Of a stretch of DNA of 64,000 nucleotides, positions 9,897-19,521 are shown one piece after another. The position numbers were made by a program, and so were the translations under genes. The DNA comes from a virus (taxonomy: Duplodnaviria; Caudoviricetes), in the IMG/VR virus record IMGVR_UViG_3300036770_005357; one strand, 5' to 3'. Each line of letters opens with the position of its first letter. Position 1 is the first letter of the stretch. The notes below the pieces were generated by a model. The model was not told where the DNA came from and ran no database searches. It saw nothing but the letters and a program-made list of their open reading frames with translations.

Positions 9897-10547
9897 TTAT
9901 TTATATCCTATCCATATGTGATGTAAAGACGAATAATTGTGCCCTATAGATTTTCCGTATTCGGTTGAAGATAACACATATGAATCATTGCACTGAATGT
10001 TTTTGAAACCAACTGTATTCATGATATTAATCCCGGATTTTTTAGATAACCACCATATTGATTCGTTTGCAGATTTAACTTCACTTTCAACATCACCTTT
10101 ACCTCTACCAAGATATGATTCAGTTCTTATATACGGTTCATCCACATCAATTCCACCAGTTGATAAAGTAAACTGACCATTATCTTTTAATGATGTATGT
10201 ATGATTTTTAATAAACTCATCGGATAAAAAACATGCATCAACAGGGATCCACAAAATACAAAATCAAATTTATTAATATAATCTATATCGTATAGATCTT
10301 TTCTAACAATATTCATATTATACCCAGTTTTTTCTTTTACTAGATTGATAACATCAGTGTTTATGTCAACACTTGTAACAGAACTAGCTCCCATCTCACA
10401 AAATAGTTTAGAGAAATAACCAGATGCACATCCAACATCTAATACATCTTTGTTTTTTAAGTCTGGAAATTTAAACAAATGTAAGTATGGTTCGTGGTCG
10501 TATATTCCAGTAATATTTAAATCTTTAAATGTATGGTAATAAAACAT
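9897..10547 (-). CDS. Class I SAM-dependent methyltransferase (DUF1698/CmoB-like)
   Basis: LKNKDVLDVGCASGYFS, GASSVTSVD, FDFVFCGSLLMH. Confidence 0.85.
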   Translation of the reverse strand: MFYYHTFKDLNITGIYDHEPYLHLFKFPDLKNKDVLDVGCASGYFSKLFCEMGASSVTSVDINTDVINLVKEKTGYNMNIVRKDLYDIDYINKFDFVFCGSLLMHVFYPMSLLKIIHTSLKDNGQFTLSTGGIDVDEPYIRTESYLGRGKGDVESEVKSANESIWWLSKKSGINIMNTVGFKNIQCNDSYVLSSTEYGKSIGHNYSSLHHIWIGYK

Positions 10548-10589
10548 AATAATACATATTAAATAAGTTCAATTTGAATCGTTTAATTT

Positions 10590-10955
10590 TCATGGAAAAA
10601 TTACCTCATCATCGACTAAAATTCCTATTATTCTAATTCCCAACACACGATCATCATTAACAACAGTAAATTCATTTTTCAGTTCAAATAAAAATTCATT
10701 TTTATCAGTCATGTTTAAATTAATAATGTTAAGACAATCCGATTTTATTTCCGACTCTTTATCGTCGTACAATAATACATTATCAATTTCACTAAATGCT
10801 TTGATTGTAATAGATTTAACATTTGAAACAATACCATATACTTTAGTTGAAGTCCAAACCCAAAAAAATTTTTTGTCAGTTTCTAATGGAAAAATTCCTT
10901 CTAAAAATTGAACTAATTTTTTTGAATCGTCTAATTTTTTATAATTTATTTTCAT
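10590..10955 (-). CDS. Hypothetical protein, possibly a carbohydrate-binding beta-sandwich
   Basis: 121 aa ORF tightly packed in the operon; beta-rich pattern ending DDRVLGIRI. Confidence 0.5.
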   Translation of the reverse strand: MKINYKKLDDSKKLVQFLEGIFPLETDKKFFWVWTSTKVYGIVSNVKSITIKAFSEIDNVLLYDDKESEIKSDCLNIINLNMTDKNEFLFELKNEFTVVNDDRVLGIRIIGILVDDEVIFP

Positions 10956-12033
10956 AAAACATTTTCATTAATTCATATGTATGATTCAAATCGGGATATC
11001 CCCATTCTTGGTCTTCGGTATAAGAAGTACTAAACCCATTCATGCCTGTAACTTTATTAATTTTAAAATCTACCAAACCTTTATAATCTTTACCCAAATA
11101 ATCTACTTGTCCACCATATCCAGTAGTTATGATGTTTTTTCCTAGATTATAAGCATCAAATATAGTTAAACCGAAACCTTCTCCTTTGTTTAAACTAACA
11201 TAACAGTCACCAAAACTATGTAATCCTAATATATGATCATTAGATAAATTATCTAACAATAAAAATATACTTTTACCCAATTTATTAGTTAATTTTGATA
11301 TTTTATCAATACAATAATGTTTATTCGTAAAACTATATTCTTTGTAATGAAGTTTTAAAATTAATTGTGTATCCGGAAAATTATTATTAAACTCATCAAA
11401 CACTTTAACTAAATCCTCAATACCCTTTCTACAATTCAATTCTCCTATACTATAAAATGTAAATTTACTGTCTGGCACTTTATTTCCCCAAAAATCATAA
11501 ATCTTAACTTCGTTTTTATTAAATAATTTTTGTTTATGCCATATATGAGGTATAACCTCAATCTTAGATTTTACACCAGAATTTATAAAACACTCTTTAT
11601 TAAAATTACTAGGTACCCAAACTTCAGATGCTAAATTTATATGTTCAACCCATTTATCGGGTAATTTATTGGTCTCCCATGTACAATAACCAATTACATC
11701 AGATATATTTTTATTTTCTTTAATGAATGATTCCCATAAATCGGGTGTACTATGCATTATTAATCGTTCATATTTATTATAATTTTTATTTAAAACACTT
11801 TCACATAAAGCATCTACATAATAATTTCTGTCATTTTTACTATCATCGAAATATAAAGGATGCCATGATATGTTAATATTTCTAAGAACATAATCTGCTA
11901 TATAACCCTTAGCAGCACATGCGTATCCACATGTACCAGATTGTCCAATATATTTTAAAACATTGTCAAAATTTATTTTTACTGAAAAAATAGTTTCTTC
12001 TACAGACTTTTTAAATTTTACACACTTTATCAT
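10939..12033 (-). CDS. Glycosyltransferase family 4-like
   Basis: SGTCGYA, YCTWETNKLP, RKGIEDL, YVSLNKGEGFGLTIFDA, ITTGYGG. Confidence 0.9.
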   Translation of the reverse strand: MIKCVKFKKSVEETIFSVKINFDNVLKYIGQSGTCGYACAAKGYIADYVLRNINISWHPLYFDDSKNDRNYYVDALCESVLNKNYNKYERLIMHSTPDLWESFIKENKNISDVIGYCTWETNKLPDKWVEHINLASEVWVPSNFNKECFINSGVKSKIEVIPHIWHKQKLFNKNEVKIYDFWGNKVPDSKFTFYSIGELNCRKGIEDLVKVFDEFNNNFPDTQLILKLHYKEYSFTNKHYCIDKISKLTNKLGKSIFLLLDNLSNDHILGLHSFGDCYVSLNKGEGFGLTIFDAYNLGKNIITTGYGGQVDYLGKDYKGLVDFKINKVTGMNGFSTSYTEDQEWGYPDLNHTYELMKMFYENKL

Positions 12034-12986
12034 TTAGAAACAGTTTTAATAATTTTAGCAATACAGGCCATAAATGTAATTTCTTTATCTACAACCATAC
12101 TACTTTGATATATATGTTCCGCTATATCAATAATTACAGAAGTTTCTTTATTTAAAGCATATTCATTCACCCTGCTATAGAGTTCACTGTACAATTCTTC
12201 AAATACCTTAGTACCAGCATCATTTACAAGTTGACGAATCTCATTAAAAGCCTTTGAATTAGTCTTACTACCCTTAATCAATTCAATAATCTTATTCTTA
12301 AGATCAAAACTTGCACTTTGAGTCTTAACAATCTTCAACTTACCACTAGTACTATTCTGTTGAACAAAGTTAATAATCTTACGAACATCTGGATAAAAAT
12401 CATCAAGAACAGTCTTTAAATCTGTCAATTCATAACCAATCTTCTCTTTATCCAGTATACCCTTAATATGTAAGGCTACATCCTTTTGAGTGGGTGGTTC
12501 AATATCAAACACTTGACACCGACTAATAAGCGGTTTGATAATCTTTTCAACATAATTACAGGTCAAAATAAATCGCGTAGTTTGACTATATGTTTCCATC
12601 AAGTTACGAAGAGCCGCTTGAGCTTCTGTAGTGAAGAAATCTGCTTCGTCAAGAATCACAACCTTCAATGATTGAAACCCAGCGGATCCAGCAAATCCTT
12701 TAATCTTGGTTCTTACCATTTCAATACCATTTGTATCACTTGCGTTAATATAAACACAGTCACATAGTATATTCTTTACAATGATCTTAGCTAGAGTGGT
12801 CTTACCCGTACCAGCATTACCGTGTAACAAAATATGGGGAATATCCTTACGATTGATAAAATCGGTAACAATACTTCTCAGATTACCATCGCAAATATAT
12901 CCTTCTAATGTATCAGGACGGTACTTTTCAGCCCAAAGACTGTGATTGCTTACAGAAACAGAATTTTCTTCACTAAAGAAACTCAT
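12030..12986 (-). CDS. Clamp loader AAA+ subunit (RFC small/T4 gp44-like)
   Basis: WAEKYRP, GNAGTGKTT Walker A, INASD, ILDEAD Walker B, SRC motif. Confidence 0.95.
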   Translation of the reverse strand: MSFFSEENSVSVSNHSLWAEKYRPDTLEGYICDGNLRSIVTDFINRKDIPHILLHGNAGTGKTTLAKIIVKNILCDCVYINASDTNGIEMVRTKIKGFAGSAGFQSLKVVILDEADFFTTEAQAALRNLMETYSQTTRFILTCNYVEKIIKPLISRCQVFDIEPPTQKDVALHIKGILDKEKIGYELTDLKTVLDDFYPDVRKIINFVQQNSTSGKLKIVKTQSASFDLKNKIIELIKGSKTNSKAFNEIRQLVNDAGTKVFEELYSELYSRVNEYALNKETSVIIDIAEHIYQSSMVVDKEITFMACIAKIIKTVSK

Positions 12987-12992
12987 AAAATA

Positions 12993-13730
12993 TTAGTCAA
13001 CATTCTTAATTTCAACCAAGTAATAATTGCTGTTAAATGTATCGTTATTAAACTCTACATGTGCCAATCCAGCATCACTAACCTTCAATACAGCATTCTC
13101 ACAATCACAGTTACTTGTAAGAATCTCCTTAAGATATTTAGCGCTAAAATGTAATGTCTTACCAAGAGTGTCTTTACCTTCAGTTGGTTTGATATCAATA
13201 TTGATACGGTTGCTATTAACATTGCTATAACCAATAACCAACTTAATCTTATCCTTCTTGTCCTTGATAAAGGTAAGAGTGTCTACATCACTCAAAGCAC
13301 TTTTAGCCTTTACGAATGTACTTACAAATTCCTTACTAAGGGGAATCTCAAGATTAAACGGAGGCAACTTCTTCAATGCCGGAACATTTGGAATAACACT
13401 GAGATCAGCAGTTACATACTGTACATCCGTTTGTTCACCACTAATTGATAGTGAAACAATCTTCTCATCTCTCTTGTTGAATGCAATATTCACTTCTTCA
13501 CCAAGAACATTCAACAACTTCTTGAGCTTAGTTGTATCGTTCACACCTAGTTCGGCATTATCAAGTCCAGCCGTATCCTTGATAACTACAAAACTAAGCA
13601 CATTCTTGTCATCACTAATGGATGATGTCTTAATCTGTTTATCGTTGTTGTCTACTACCCACTTAACACTTTCAATAGTGCCGTTGAGTGAATACTTGTC
13701 GATGAATGAATTTAATGTTTGTTTTTTCAT
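12993..13730 (-). CDS. DNA sliding clamp (T4 gp45-like)
   Basis: 245 aa from ATG 13730; ELGVNDTTKLKKLL and FSAKYLKEIL patterns; adjacent to the clamp loader. Confidence 0.75.
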   Translation of the reverse strand: MKKQTLNSFIDKYSLNGTIESVKWVVDNNDKQIKTSSISDDKNVLSFVVIKDTAGLDNAELGVNDTTKLKKLLNVLGEEVNIAFNKRDEKIVSLSISGEQTDVQYVTADLSVIPNVPALKKLPPFNLEIPLSKEFVSTFVKAKSALSDVDTLTFIKDKKDKIKLVIGYSNVNSNRINIDIKPTEGKDTLGKTLHFSAKYLKEILTSNCDCENAVLKVSDAGLAHVEFNNDTFNSNYYLVEIKNVD

Positions 13731-13770
13731 ATAACTTAATATTACTACACTTTCTCTTTTGTTCAATTTT

Positions 13771-14178
13771 TTATACCGCAAAATCGAAAAATTCTTCTGC
13801 TGTTTTTTGATAATCTTCGTTGTCAATTATACACGGAGATTCGTCTTCTTTATATAAATCAAACGGACTAATATAAAAATGATTAATTAAATAATCAGCA
13901 TATGCTACATTTCTCATTTGATAGTAGACCTTAACATTATTTTCAATGGTTCTAAACTCTATATAATATACTTTTGGATCGCTTAATCTATACAATTGAC
14001 TCTTTGGAATATACAATTCCGTATCAAGTATTTGATTTTTAGTAAATTCTACATATGGACCTCGTTGACCAATAACAACTCGTTGATATCCATATGCAAT
14101 TAAATTTGGATAATTTACAAATAACGGGATCTTTGCACCATCAATTGGGATGGTTAACATTTCACTATATTTTTTCAT
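13771..14178 (-). CDS. Conserved hypothetical protein
   Basis: YQRVVIGQRGPYVEF and VAYADY motifs; function not recognised. Confidence 0.6.
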   Translation of the reverse strand: MKKYSEMLTIPIDGAKIPLFVNYPNLIAYGYQRVVIGQRGPYVEFTKNQILDTELYIPKSQLYRLSDPKVYYIEFRTIENNVKVYYQMRNVAYADYLINHFYISPFDLYKEDESPCIIDNEDYQKTAEEFFDFAV

Positions 14179-14183
14179 AACAA

Positions 14184-16712
14184 TTAAAAACTAAAAAATT
14201 CACTTGCTTTTGCATCGTTTATTGACGGATATTCCCAGTTGAGAACATCATAAAAGTCTTTCAACTTACCCCTAAGCTCTTGTTCATACATAGCATTTCT
14301 ATCCACATACTTTTCAATAAACTCAAGTATTTGATCAGGATCAGTACCGTCTGCCTTCAAAGCAATACCTTCAGCTCCATATTCATTTTGTTTAAGATAT
14401 ACCCACTTAATTTTTTGACCATGAAGAATCTTAGGAATATTCTTAGTCAATCCATAATGTTCAAGTAAATCATTATAGAATATAGCAGCTTTAGCTTGAG
14501 CAGGAGTACCCAAAACATACTTAAATGGAGAACGAGTCTTAGGACTATATTCTTTTCTACCATCTTGACTCTTGAATTTAACACTCGTATTCTTTGCAAT
14601 CTCAATAACATTAAACTTTGGCAAATCTTCAACCAACTGAATAATATTTGCGTCGATCGTTTCTTTATTTACTTTACGAAGAATATCTTGCAAAAACTGT
14701 TCCATAAACTTCCTAAATCTCATAGGAAACGAAGTTCTAACTACATCAATACCCTTCACTTCAAGTTCATCACATTCAATACCACCTTTATTAATAATGA
14801 ACTGAGCATATCGTTTCTTTGCCAACCAAAACGAAGTCTTAGCAATAACCTCTTGTTTTGCATCAAAACGATGTTTGGTAACATTAAACATTCGTTTAGC
14901 CATTATATGAAATGTTTCATTTACATGATTCTGTGCTTCGGTACATACCTTTAGAATTGCCGATGTCATCTGTTTTTCATCATCCAGATTAATATCAGGC
15001 ATTGTATGTTTAATAATCGGTAAAGCACTGGCAAAACAACTGTCAGTATCTACATAAATAACATAATCGGTATTATCATTAACCCCAAGAGTTTTACGAT
15101 AATATTGATTGATCGCCTTATTTGCAGTTTTGATAATATCTTGACCAGTCAAAGTGACAGCGCTCGCATTATCCTTATCATAAAATCTGAAAATCGGTAG
15201 ACCCAATACACCATAAATGGAGTTGAGAAGTACCTTTTGAACCTTTTGTCGTTGATCGTAAAATTCATACTTGTCCCATTCCTTCGCATCACCGTGCTTT
15301 TTAGCTAGTTTACGAAGATCTTTTCGTTCATCGAACCACTTGACAAGAATTTCGGGTATGACACCTTGATAATTCTGTTTGTACATAACACCATTACTAG
15401 CGATACTGTACTGTGACTTCTCAAGTAATTCTTTAAACTCTTCTTTAGAATAAGTAGCAGATCCCACTTGAATAGTATCAAGTTCGTTCTTTACAAACTT
15501 TTCAGGATCCCAATTCTCAACCTTACCAATCTTTGTTTCGGGACTAATATTCAAACTAATAATGATATTCGGATACATTGATGTAAGATCCAAATCAAAT
15601 ACCCAATCATAACGGCCGGGAATCGGATCTTTTACATATGCACCTTCAAATCCCTCTTCACCTTCTTCCAACCTATTTTCATATTCTTCTCGTCCATCAA
15701 TAGGTTTATTTTTAGCAACTTGACCTTTACGACGAAGATACATCAAAATAGCACCCTCAATGAATCGTGAACTCATAGTAAAACAATCATATGGTACATG
15801 ACCTTTATGACAGATTGCTCTAGCCTGTTCAATAAACTGAAGTTTCTTCTCAAGTGCTACAATGATCTTTACATCGTTTAGATTGTATTCAATATACTTG
15901 TTTAGATCACTCTTGTACAAATCATCAAGACTACCCTTATAAGTAATCTTCTCCATCTTTACAACCTTTTTACCAATTGCACCCAAAGCGTAACTTGGTT
16001 CTTGTTTGATATTCCACTTCTTATAAAGAACCATGTAGTCAATAAATGAAATACCAGCAACAACGATTTTTTTATTCCAATCGTTTCTGTAACAGACTTG
16101 GATCGGAGAAAGTCGTTTTGCACTACGATCATCCAACACTCTCTTTATTCGATTGAACAAATAAGGCGTATCAAACTCATCAATATTCCAACCAGTAGCA
16201 ATTGTTGGTTGGATTTCTTCCCATTTGGTAAGAAAGTGTGTCAATAGACTTTCTTCATTATTAAAACTACGAACACTTACATTATCGGCAGTATAATCTT
16301 GCAACCGCATTTCTTTATCCAAAATAAAGGCAGTATACTGTTCAGTAGCAGCATCATACAAAGCAATAGCAGTAACTTCCTTATCAGCTTCATCAACCTT
16401 TGGAAATCCACCTTCAGTACTTACCTCAATATCAAAATAAACAACACGATGTCCTACAGATGGTTCATCACTATCTTCATAGGCATCAATAAGCACCCTA
16501 GTTTCTGCTGGTACATCACTTTCAAACAAACTGGGATCTTTTGGATTGAATTTATAAACCTTTTCGAGTTCGTCACCATAAATACTTTTATAAAGTCCAT
16601 TAGAACGCTTACGATAAGCATAAGGACGATAAGGAAACTTTATATAACCCTTTTGATCGTCCCAAAGATGTACTAAACCGTCCTTCTTTGAAATAAATAT
16701 ATTCTGATACAT
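14184..16712 (-). CDS. polB: Family B DNA polymerase with 3'-5' exonuclease (T4 gp43-like)
   Basis: ExoI FDIE, ExoII GWNIDEFD, ExoIII YNLND; polymerase motifs DLTSMYP, KVLLNSIYG, YVDTDS, KKRY. Confidence 0.97.
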   Translation of the reverse strand: MYQNIFISKKDGLVHLWDDQKGYIKFPYRPYAYRKRSNGLYKSIYGDELEKVYKFNPKDPSLFESDVPAETRVLIDAYEDSDEPSVGHRVVYFDIEVSTEGGFPKVDEADKEVTAIALYDAATEQYTAFILDKEMRLQDYTADNVSVRSFNNEESLLTHFLTKWEEIQPTIATGWNIDEFDTPYLFNRIKRVLDDRSAKRLSPIQVCYRNDWNKKIVVAGISFIDYMVLYKKWNIKQEPSYALGAIGKKVVKMEKITYKGSLDDLYKSDLNKYIEYNLNDVKIIVALEKKLQFIEQARAICHKGHVPYDCFTMSSRFIEGAILMYLRRKGQVAKNKPIDGREEYENRLEEGEEGFEGAYVKDPIPGRYDWVFDLDLTSMYPNIIISLNISPETKIGKVENWDPEKFVKNELDTIQVGSATYSKEEFKELLEKSQYSIASNGVMYKQNYQGVIPEILVKWFDERKDLRKLAKKHGDAKEWDKYEFYDQRQKVQKVLLNSIYGVLGLPIFRFYDKDNASAVTLTGQDIIKTANKAINQYYRKTLGVNDNTDYVIYVDTDSCFASALPIIKHTMPDINLDDEKQMTSAILKVCTEAQNHVNETFHIMAKRMFNVTKHRFDAKQEVIAKTSFWLAKKRYAQFIINKGGIECDELEVKGIDVVRTSFPMRFRKFMEQFLQDILRKVNKETIDANIIQLVEDLPKFNVIEIAKNTSVKFKSQDGRKEYSPKTRSPFKYVLGTPAQAKAAIFYNDLLEHYGLTKNIPKILHGQKIKWVYLKQNEYGAEGIALKADGTDPDQILEFIEKYVDRNAMYEQELRGKLKDFYDVLNWEYPSINDAKASEFFSF

Positions 16713-16716
16713 TCGT

Positions 16717-16947
16717 CTATGATACCTTCAATTTGTTGACAAGTCCATCAAAAATAACATAATGTTCTTCTTTTAAGAATCTTTTACATTGCATTACTCT
16801 ATCCATCAACATTTTATGATTTATTGACGGAAACAATGACGGATCTATTTGATAACCTGCCATAACAGGTGGATTCACAATATTAACAATTCCCCATAAC
16901 ATTGCCATTTCGTCATCTGATAGGCTTTTTAATTGATCTCTTGTCAT
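16717..16947 (-). CDS. Small hypothetical protein
   Basis: 76 aa ORF directly upstream of polB on the same strand. Confidence 0.6.
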   Translation of the reverse strand: MTRDQLKSLSDDEMAMLWGIVNIVNPPVMAGYQIDPSLFPSINHKMLMDRVMQCKRFLKEEHYVIFDGLVNKLKVS

Positions 16948-16972
16948 ACTCTATATATACTATATCATAGTT

Positions 16973-17584
16973 ATGCAAATAGATGAAGTAAAAAATGTTA
17001 TTAACCATTGTTTAAACCCGTTGATTATCAACAAATGTTATATTCAACAAGTAAAAGAAGAATTTACAGTATTAGCTTATTTTTTAAATTCTTTTAAACC
17101 ACACAACATTTTAGAAATAGGATGTAAAGGTGGTACTTTTTATCTGTTTAATAAATTTTCTACTGGTAAAAAAATTGGCTTAGATATCGACAACCAATAT
17201 GAAATGAATATGCACTTTTATTCATATGGACAAGACTTCACATTTATACATGCAAACTCTCAACTAGAAGAGACATTTAATAAGGTAAAAAATATTTGTA
17301 CATCATTCGACTTTGTTTTTATAGATGGAGATCATTCGTATGACGGTGTAAAAAAAGATTTTGAACTTTATAAAAATTTATTAAGCCCAAGAGGATATAT
17401 TGGATTTCACGATATAGATCCGAATCATGTCTTTAAAGATAATGCAGGTGGACAAGTTTATAAATTTTGGCAAGAATTAAATTTTGGAAGTAAAACTGAA
17501 ATTATTTGTCAAAAATCCAACGCCAATTATAATTTATGGGGACAACAAGAACATTACGGTGGAATCGGATTATGGCAACCCTAA
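16973..17584 (+). CDS. Class I SAM-dependent methyltransferase (Methyltransf_24)
   Basis: ILEIGCKGG, FDFVFIDGDHSYDGVKKDF, GYIGFHDI. Confidence 0.9.
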   Translation: MQIDEVKNVINHCLNPLIINKCYIQQVKEEFTVLAYFLNSFKPHNILEIGCKGGTFYLFNKFSTGKKIGLDIDNQYEMNMHFYSYGQDFTFIHANSQLEETFNKVKNICTSFDFVFIDGDHSYDGVKKDFELYKNLLSPRGYIGFHDIDPNHVFKDNAGGQVYKFWQELNFGSKTEIICQKSNANYNLWGQQEHYGGIGLWQP

Positions 17585-17585
17585 A

Positions 17586-18320
17586 TTATCTTATCTTAAC
17601 GCCAAATATATCATTATTATAATTTACAAACAAAACATTGTCAAGTTTACTTTGAAGCGTATCTAACTCTTTTTTATGATAACTTTTTTCTTCATCTTCA
17701 ATATCTTTGGTACTAAATGAATTACCTGTAGCTACCCTTGCATCCTTTGCACTCATAACAATTTGTGGAGTCACTACTAAATAGTCACCTTCTTTTAATT
17801 CCTTTTTCTTTTTAGATGATTTACTGTCTTGTACAATACACTTACCTTCACTTACATATATGTGTGTATATTTATCAGTTGATTTAACAAATAACTTGGC
17901 TTTATTAAACAATATATTCGCCATAGATGTACCCACTACATTTTGTTTATCACAATCACTAATTACATAAACCTCACCATTTACAGAAGGCGCAAATAAT
18001 GATTCATTAACCTTAATTACTTCAGGCAACTTAAAATCGTTTACATACTTTATATCGTCATAAGTAAAATAAACTCCCGTAGATTCTTTTTGTGTAAAAG
18101 CAATTCTGTGTGGAAAGGTATAGGTCGTTGTTGAATTGGTGTCCGTAGTTAAACTTAGATTATTTTTAAGATTATAAGATTTACCTACAAGAATTTCCAA
18201 GTTGTTTACCTTGTTGTTTATAACTTCACTCAGTTCCGGTTGACCCGTGAAATCATAAATAAACACATCGTTAGCACACAGTGCAAAAGCCATTGAAAAT
18301 ATTGAGATTAATCGTTTCAT
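17586..18320 (-). CDS. Secreted FecR-like domain protein
   Basis: N-terminal signal peptide MKRLISIFSMAFALCA; VGTSMANI..HIYVSEGKCIV..LKEGDYLVV resembles the FecR beta-helix. Confidence 0.55.
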   Translation of the reverse strand: MKRLISIFSMAFALCANDVFIYDFTGQPELSEVINNKVNNLEILVGKSYNLKNNLSLTTDTNSTTTYTFPHRIAFTQKESTGVYFTYDDIKYVNDFKLPEVIKVNESLFAPSVNGEVYVISDCDKQNVVGTSMANILFNKAKLFVKSTDKYTHIYVSEGKCIVQDSKSSKKKKELKEGDYLVVTPQIVMSAKDARVATGNSFSTKDIEDEEKSYHKKELDTLQSKLDNVLFVNYNNDIFGVKIR

Positions 18321-18344
18321 ATGTTAATAAATAGTTGTTATAGA

Positions 18345-18372
18345 TTGACTTAAATTAATTATAAGATACCAT
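18345..18372 (+). promoter_or_regulatory. Sigma70-like promoter, apparently leaderless
   Basis: TTGACT-16-TACCAT, ending 6 nt before the ATG at 18379. Confidence 0.5.
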
Positions 18373-18378
18373 GATTAA

Positions 18379-19260
18379 ATGGAATCTAATGAAACGAAGA
18401 AAAATAGAGTAAGTTTTAGCCAATATTCTACATACCTAAAGTGTCCACATAAATGGTATCTTGATTATGTAAAGAACTTACGGGAAAAGGAAGACAATAT
18501 CAATACCACATTTGGTACTGCTATACATCATGCATTTCAGACCTACCTAGATGCTTTGTACAAACAAAGTGTTAGTGTTGCGGATTCATTAGATGTTAAA
18601 AAATTGTTTCAAGATAAATTTGCCGAAGAAGTAAAGAAGATCAAACAACTAGATGAATCTGAATACACCGACTTTATTTTTGATGGACACGATATTATTG
18701 ATACATTTCTAAAGAGTGCTAATAGAATCAAACATTTTCCACACGGTGATTATGAATTGGTTGGTATTGAAATTCCACTAGAAATTCCTATTAAGAACAA
18801 TGTAGACTTTGTAGGTTTCGTTGATATTGTACTTAAAGAAACTAATAAAGAACGATATAGGATCATCGACTTTAAGACATCTAGTAATGGTTGGAATCAA
18901 TATCAGAGAGAAGATGAAAGTAAATATTCACAACTACACCTTTATAAAAGTGTTTACAGCAAAAAATTCAATGTACCACTTAATGCTATTGATGTAGAGT
19001 TCTTTATTGTTAAGAGAAAACTTTTTGAAAAGGCTACATTTCCTCAAAGCCGAATTCAAGTATTTAAGCCAGCAAGCGGTCCACAAATAATTAAAGAATC
19101 TATAAATAACTTTATTCAATTCTTGGATTATGGATTTAACAGTGACGGTACATACAATGATAAGAATCACTACCCCAAGATACCAGGTGATAGAAAGAAA
19201 AATTGCAAGTATTGTTTACATTATAAAAAGACATGTGATGGCAAAGCCGACAAATTATAA
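18379..19260 (+). CDS. PD-(D/E)XK exonuclease, Cas4/AddB-like with 4-Cys Fe-S staple
   Basis: SFSQYSTYLKCP, FGTAIH, GFVDIV, IIDFKTS, QLHLY, CKYC..C. Confidence 0.9.
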   Translation: MESNETKKNRVSFSQYSTYLKCPHKWYLDYVKNLREKEDNINTTFGTAIHHAFQTYLDALYKQSVSVADSLDVKKLFQDKFAEEVKKIKQLDESEYTDFIFDGHDIIDTFLKSANRIKHFPHGDYELVGIEIPLEIPIKNNVDFVGFVDIVLKETNKERYRIIDFKTSSNGWNQYQREDESKYSQLHLYKSVYSKKFNVPLNAIDVEFFIVKRKLFEKATFPQSRIQVFKPASGPQIIKESINNFIQFLDYGFNSDGTYNDKNHYPKIPGDRKKNCKYCLHYKKTCDGKADKL

Positions 19261-19265
19261 TTAAG

Positions 19266-19304
19266 CATATGTACATATGTAAATATATGTATATGTGAAT
19301 ATGT
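19266..19304 (+). promoter_or_regulatory. Putative operator: perfect palindrome CATATGTACATATG plus five ATATGT repeats
   Basis: ATATGT at 19267, 19275, 19285, 19291 and 19299, ending immediately before the RHH start codon. Confidence 0.55.
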
Positions 19305-19305
19305 T

Positions 19306-19521
19306 ATGGACCAATTTGTTACGACAGTAAAACTCAATCAAGAATTATATAATCGGTTTAAAGAACTAAACATTCGTGGAAAGATATCTTTCCAAGATTT
19401 TGTAAATAAGTGTCTTGAGAAGTATTTGGATGATATCGACTTTCAAAGTGAAATTAGTGAGAGTATCTGTCAAAAGTTGAGCCATAACACCCCATTTTCA
19501 TTATCAAAAGGAATTAAATGA
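19306..19521 (+). CDS. Ribbon-helix-helix DNA-binding protein
   Basis: TTVKL beta strand, then helices QELYNRFKELN and SFQDFVNKCLEKYL. Confidence 0.7.
   Translation: MDQFVTTVKLNQELYNRFKELNIRGKISFQDFVNKCLEKYLDDIDFQSEISESICQKLSHNTPFSLSKGIK

Noticed and set aside
13731-13826. Long N-terminal extensions given by the ORF track (clamp; similarly recA 57471-57512 and dNMP kinase 39818-39850)
   Set aside because: The extensions overlap promoters, terminators or upstream genes; downstream ATGs fit better.
18379-19305. CRISPR-Cas locus around the Cas4-like gene
   Set aside because: No repeat-spacer array or other cas gene; the adjacent repeats are 6-mers without spacers.
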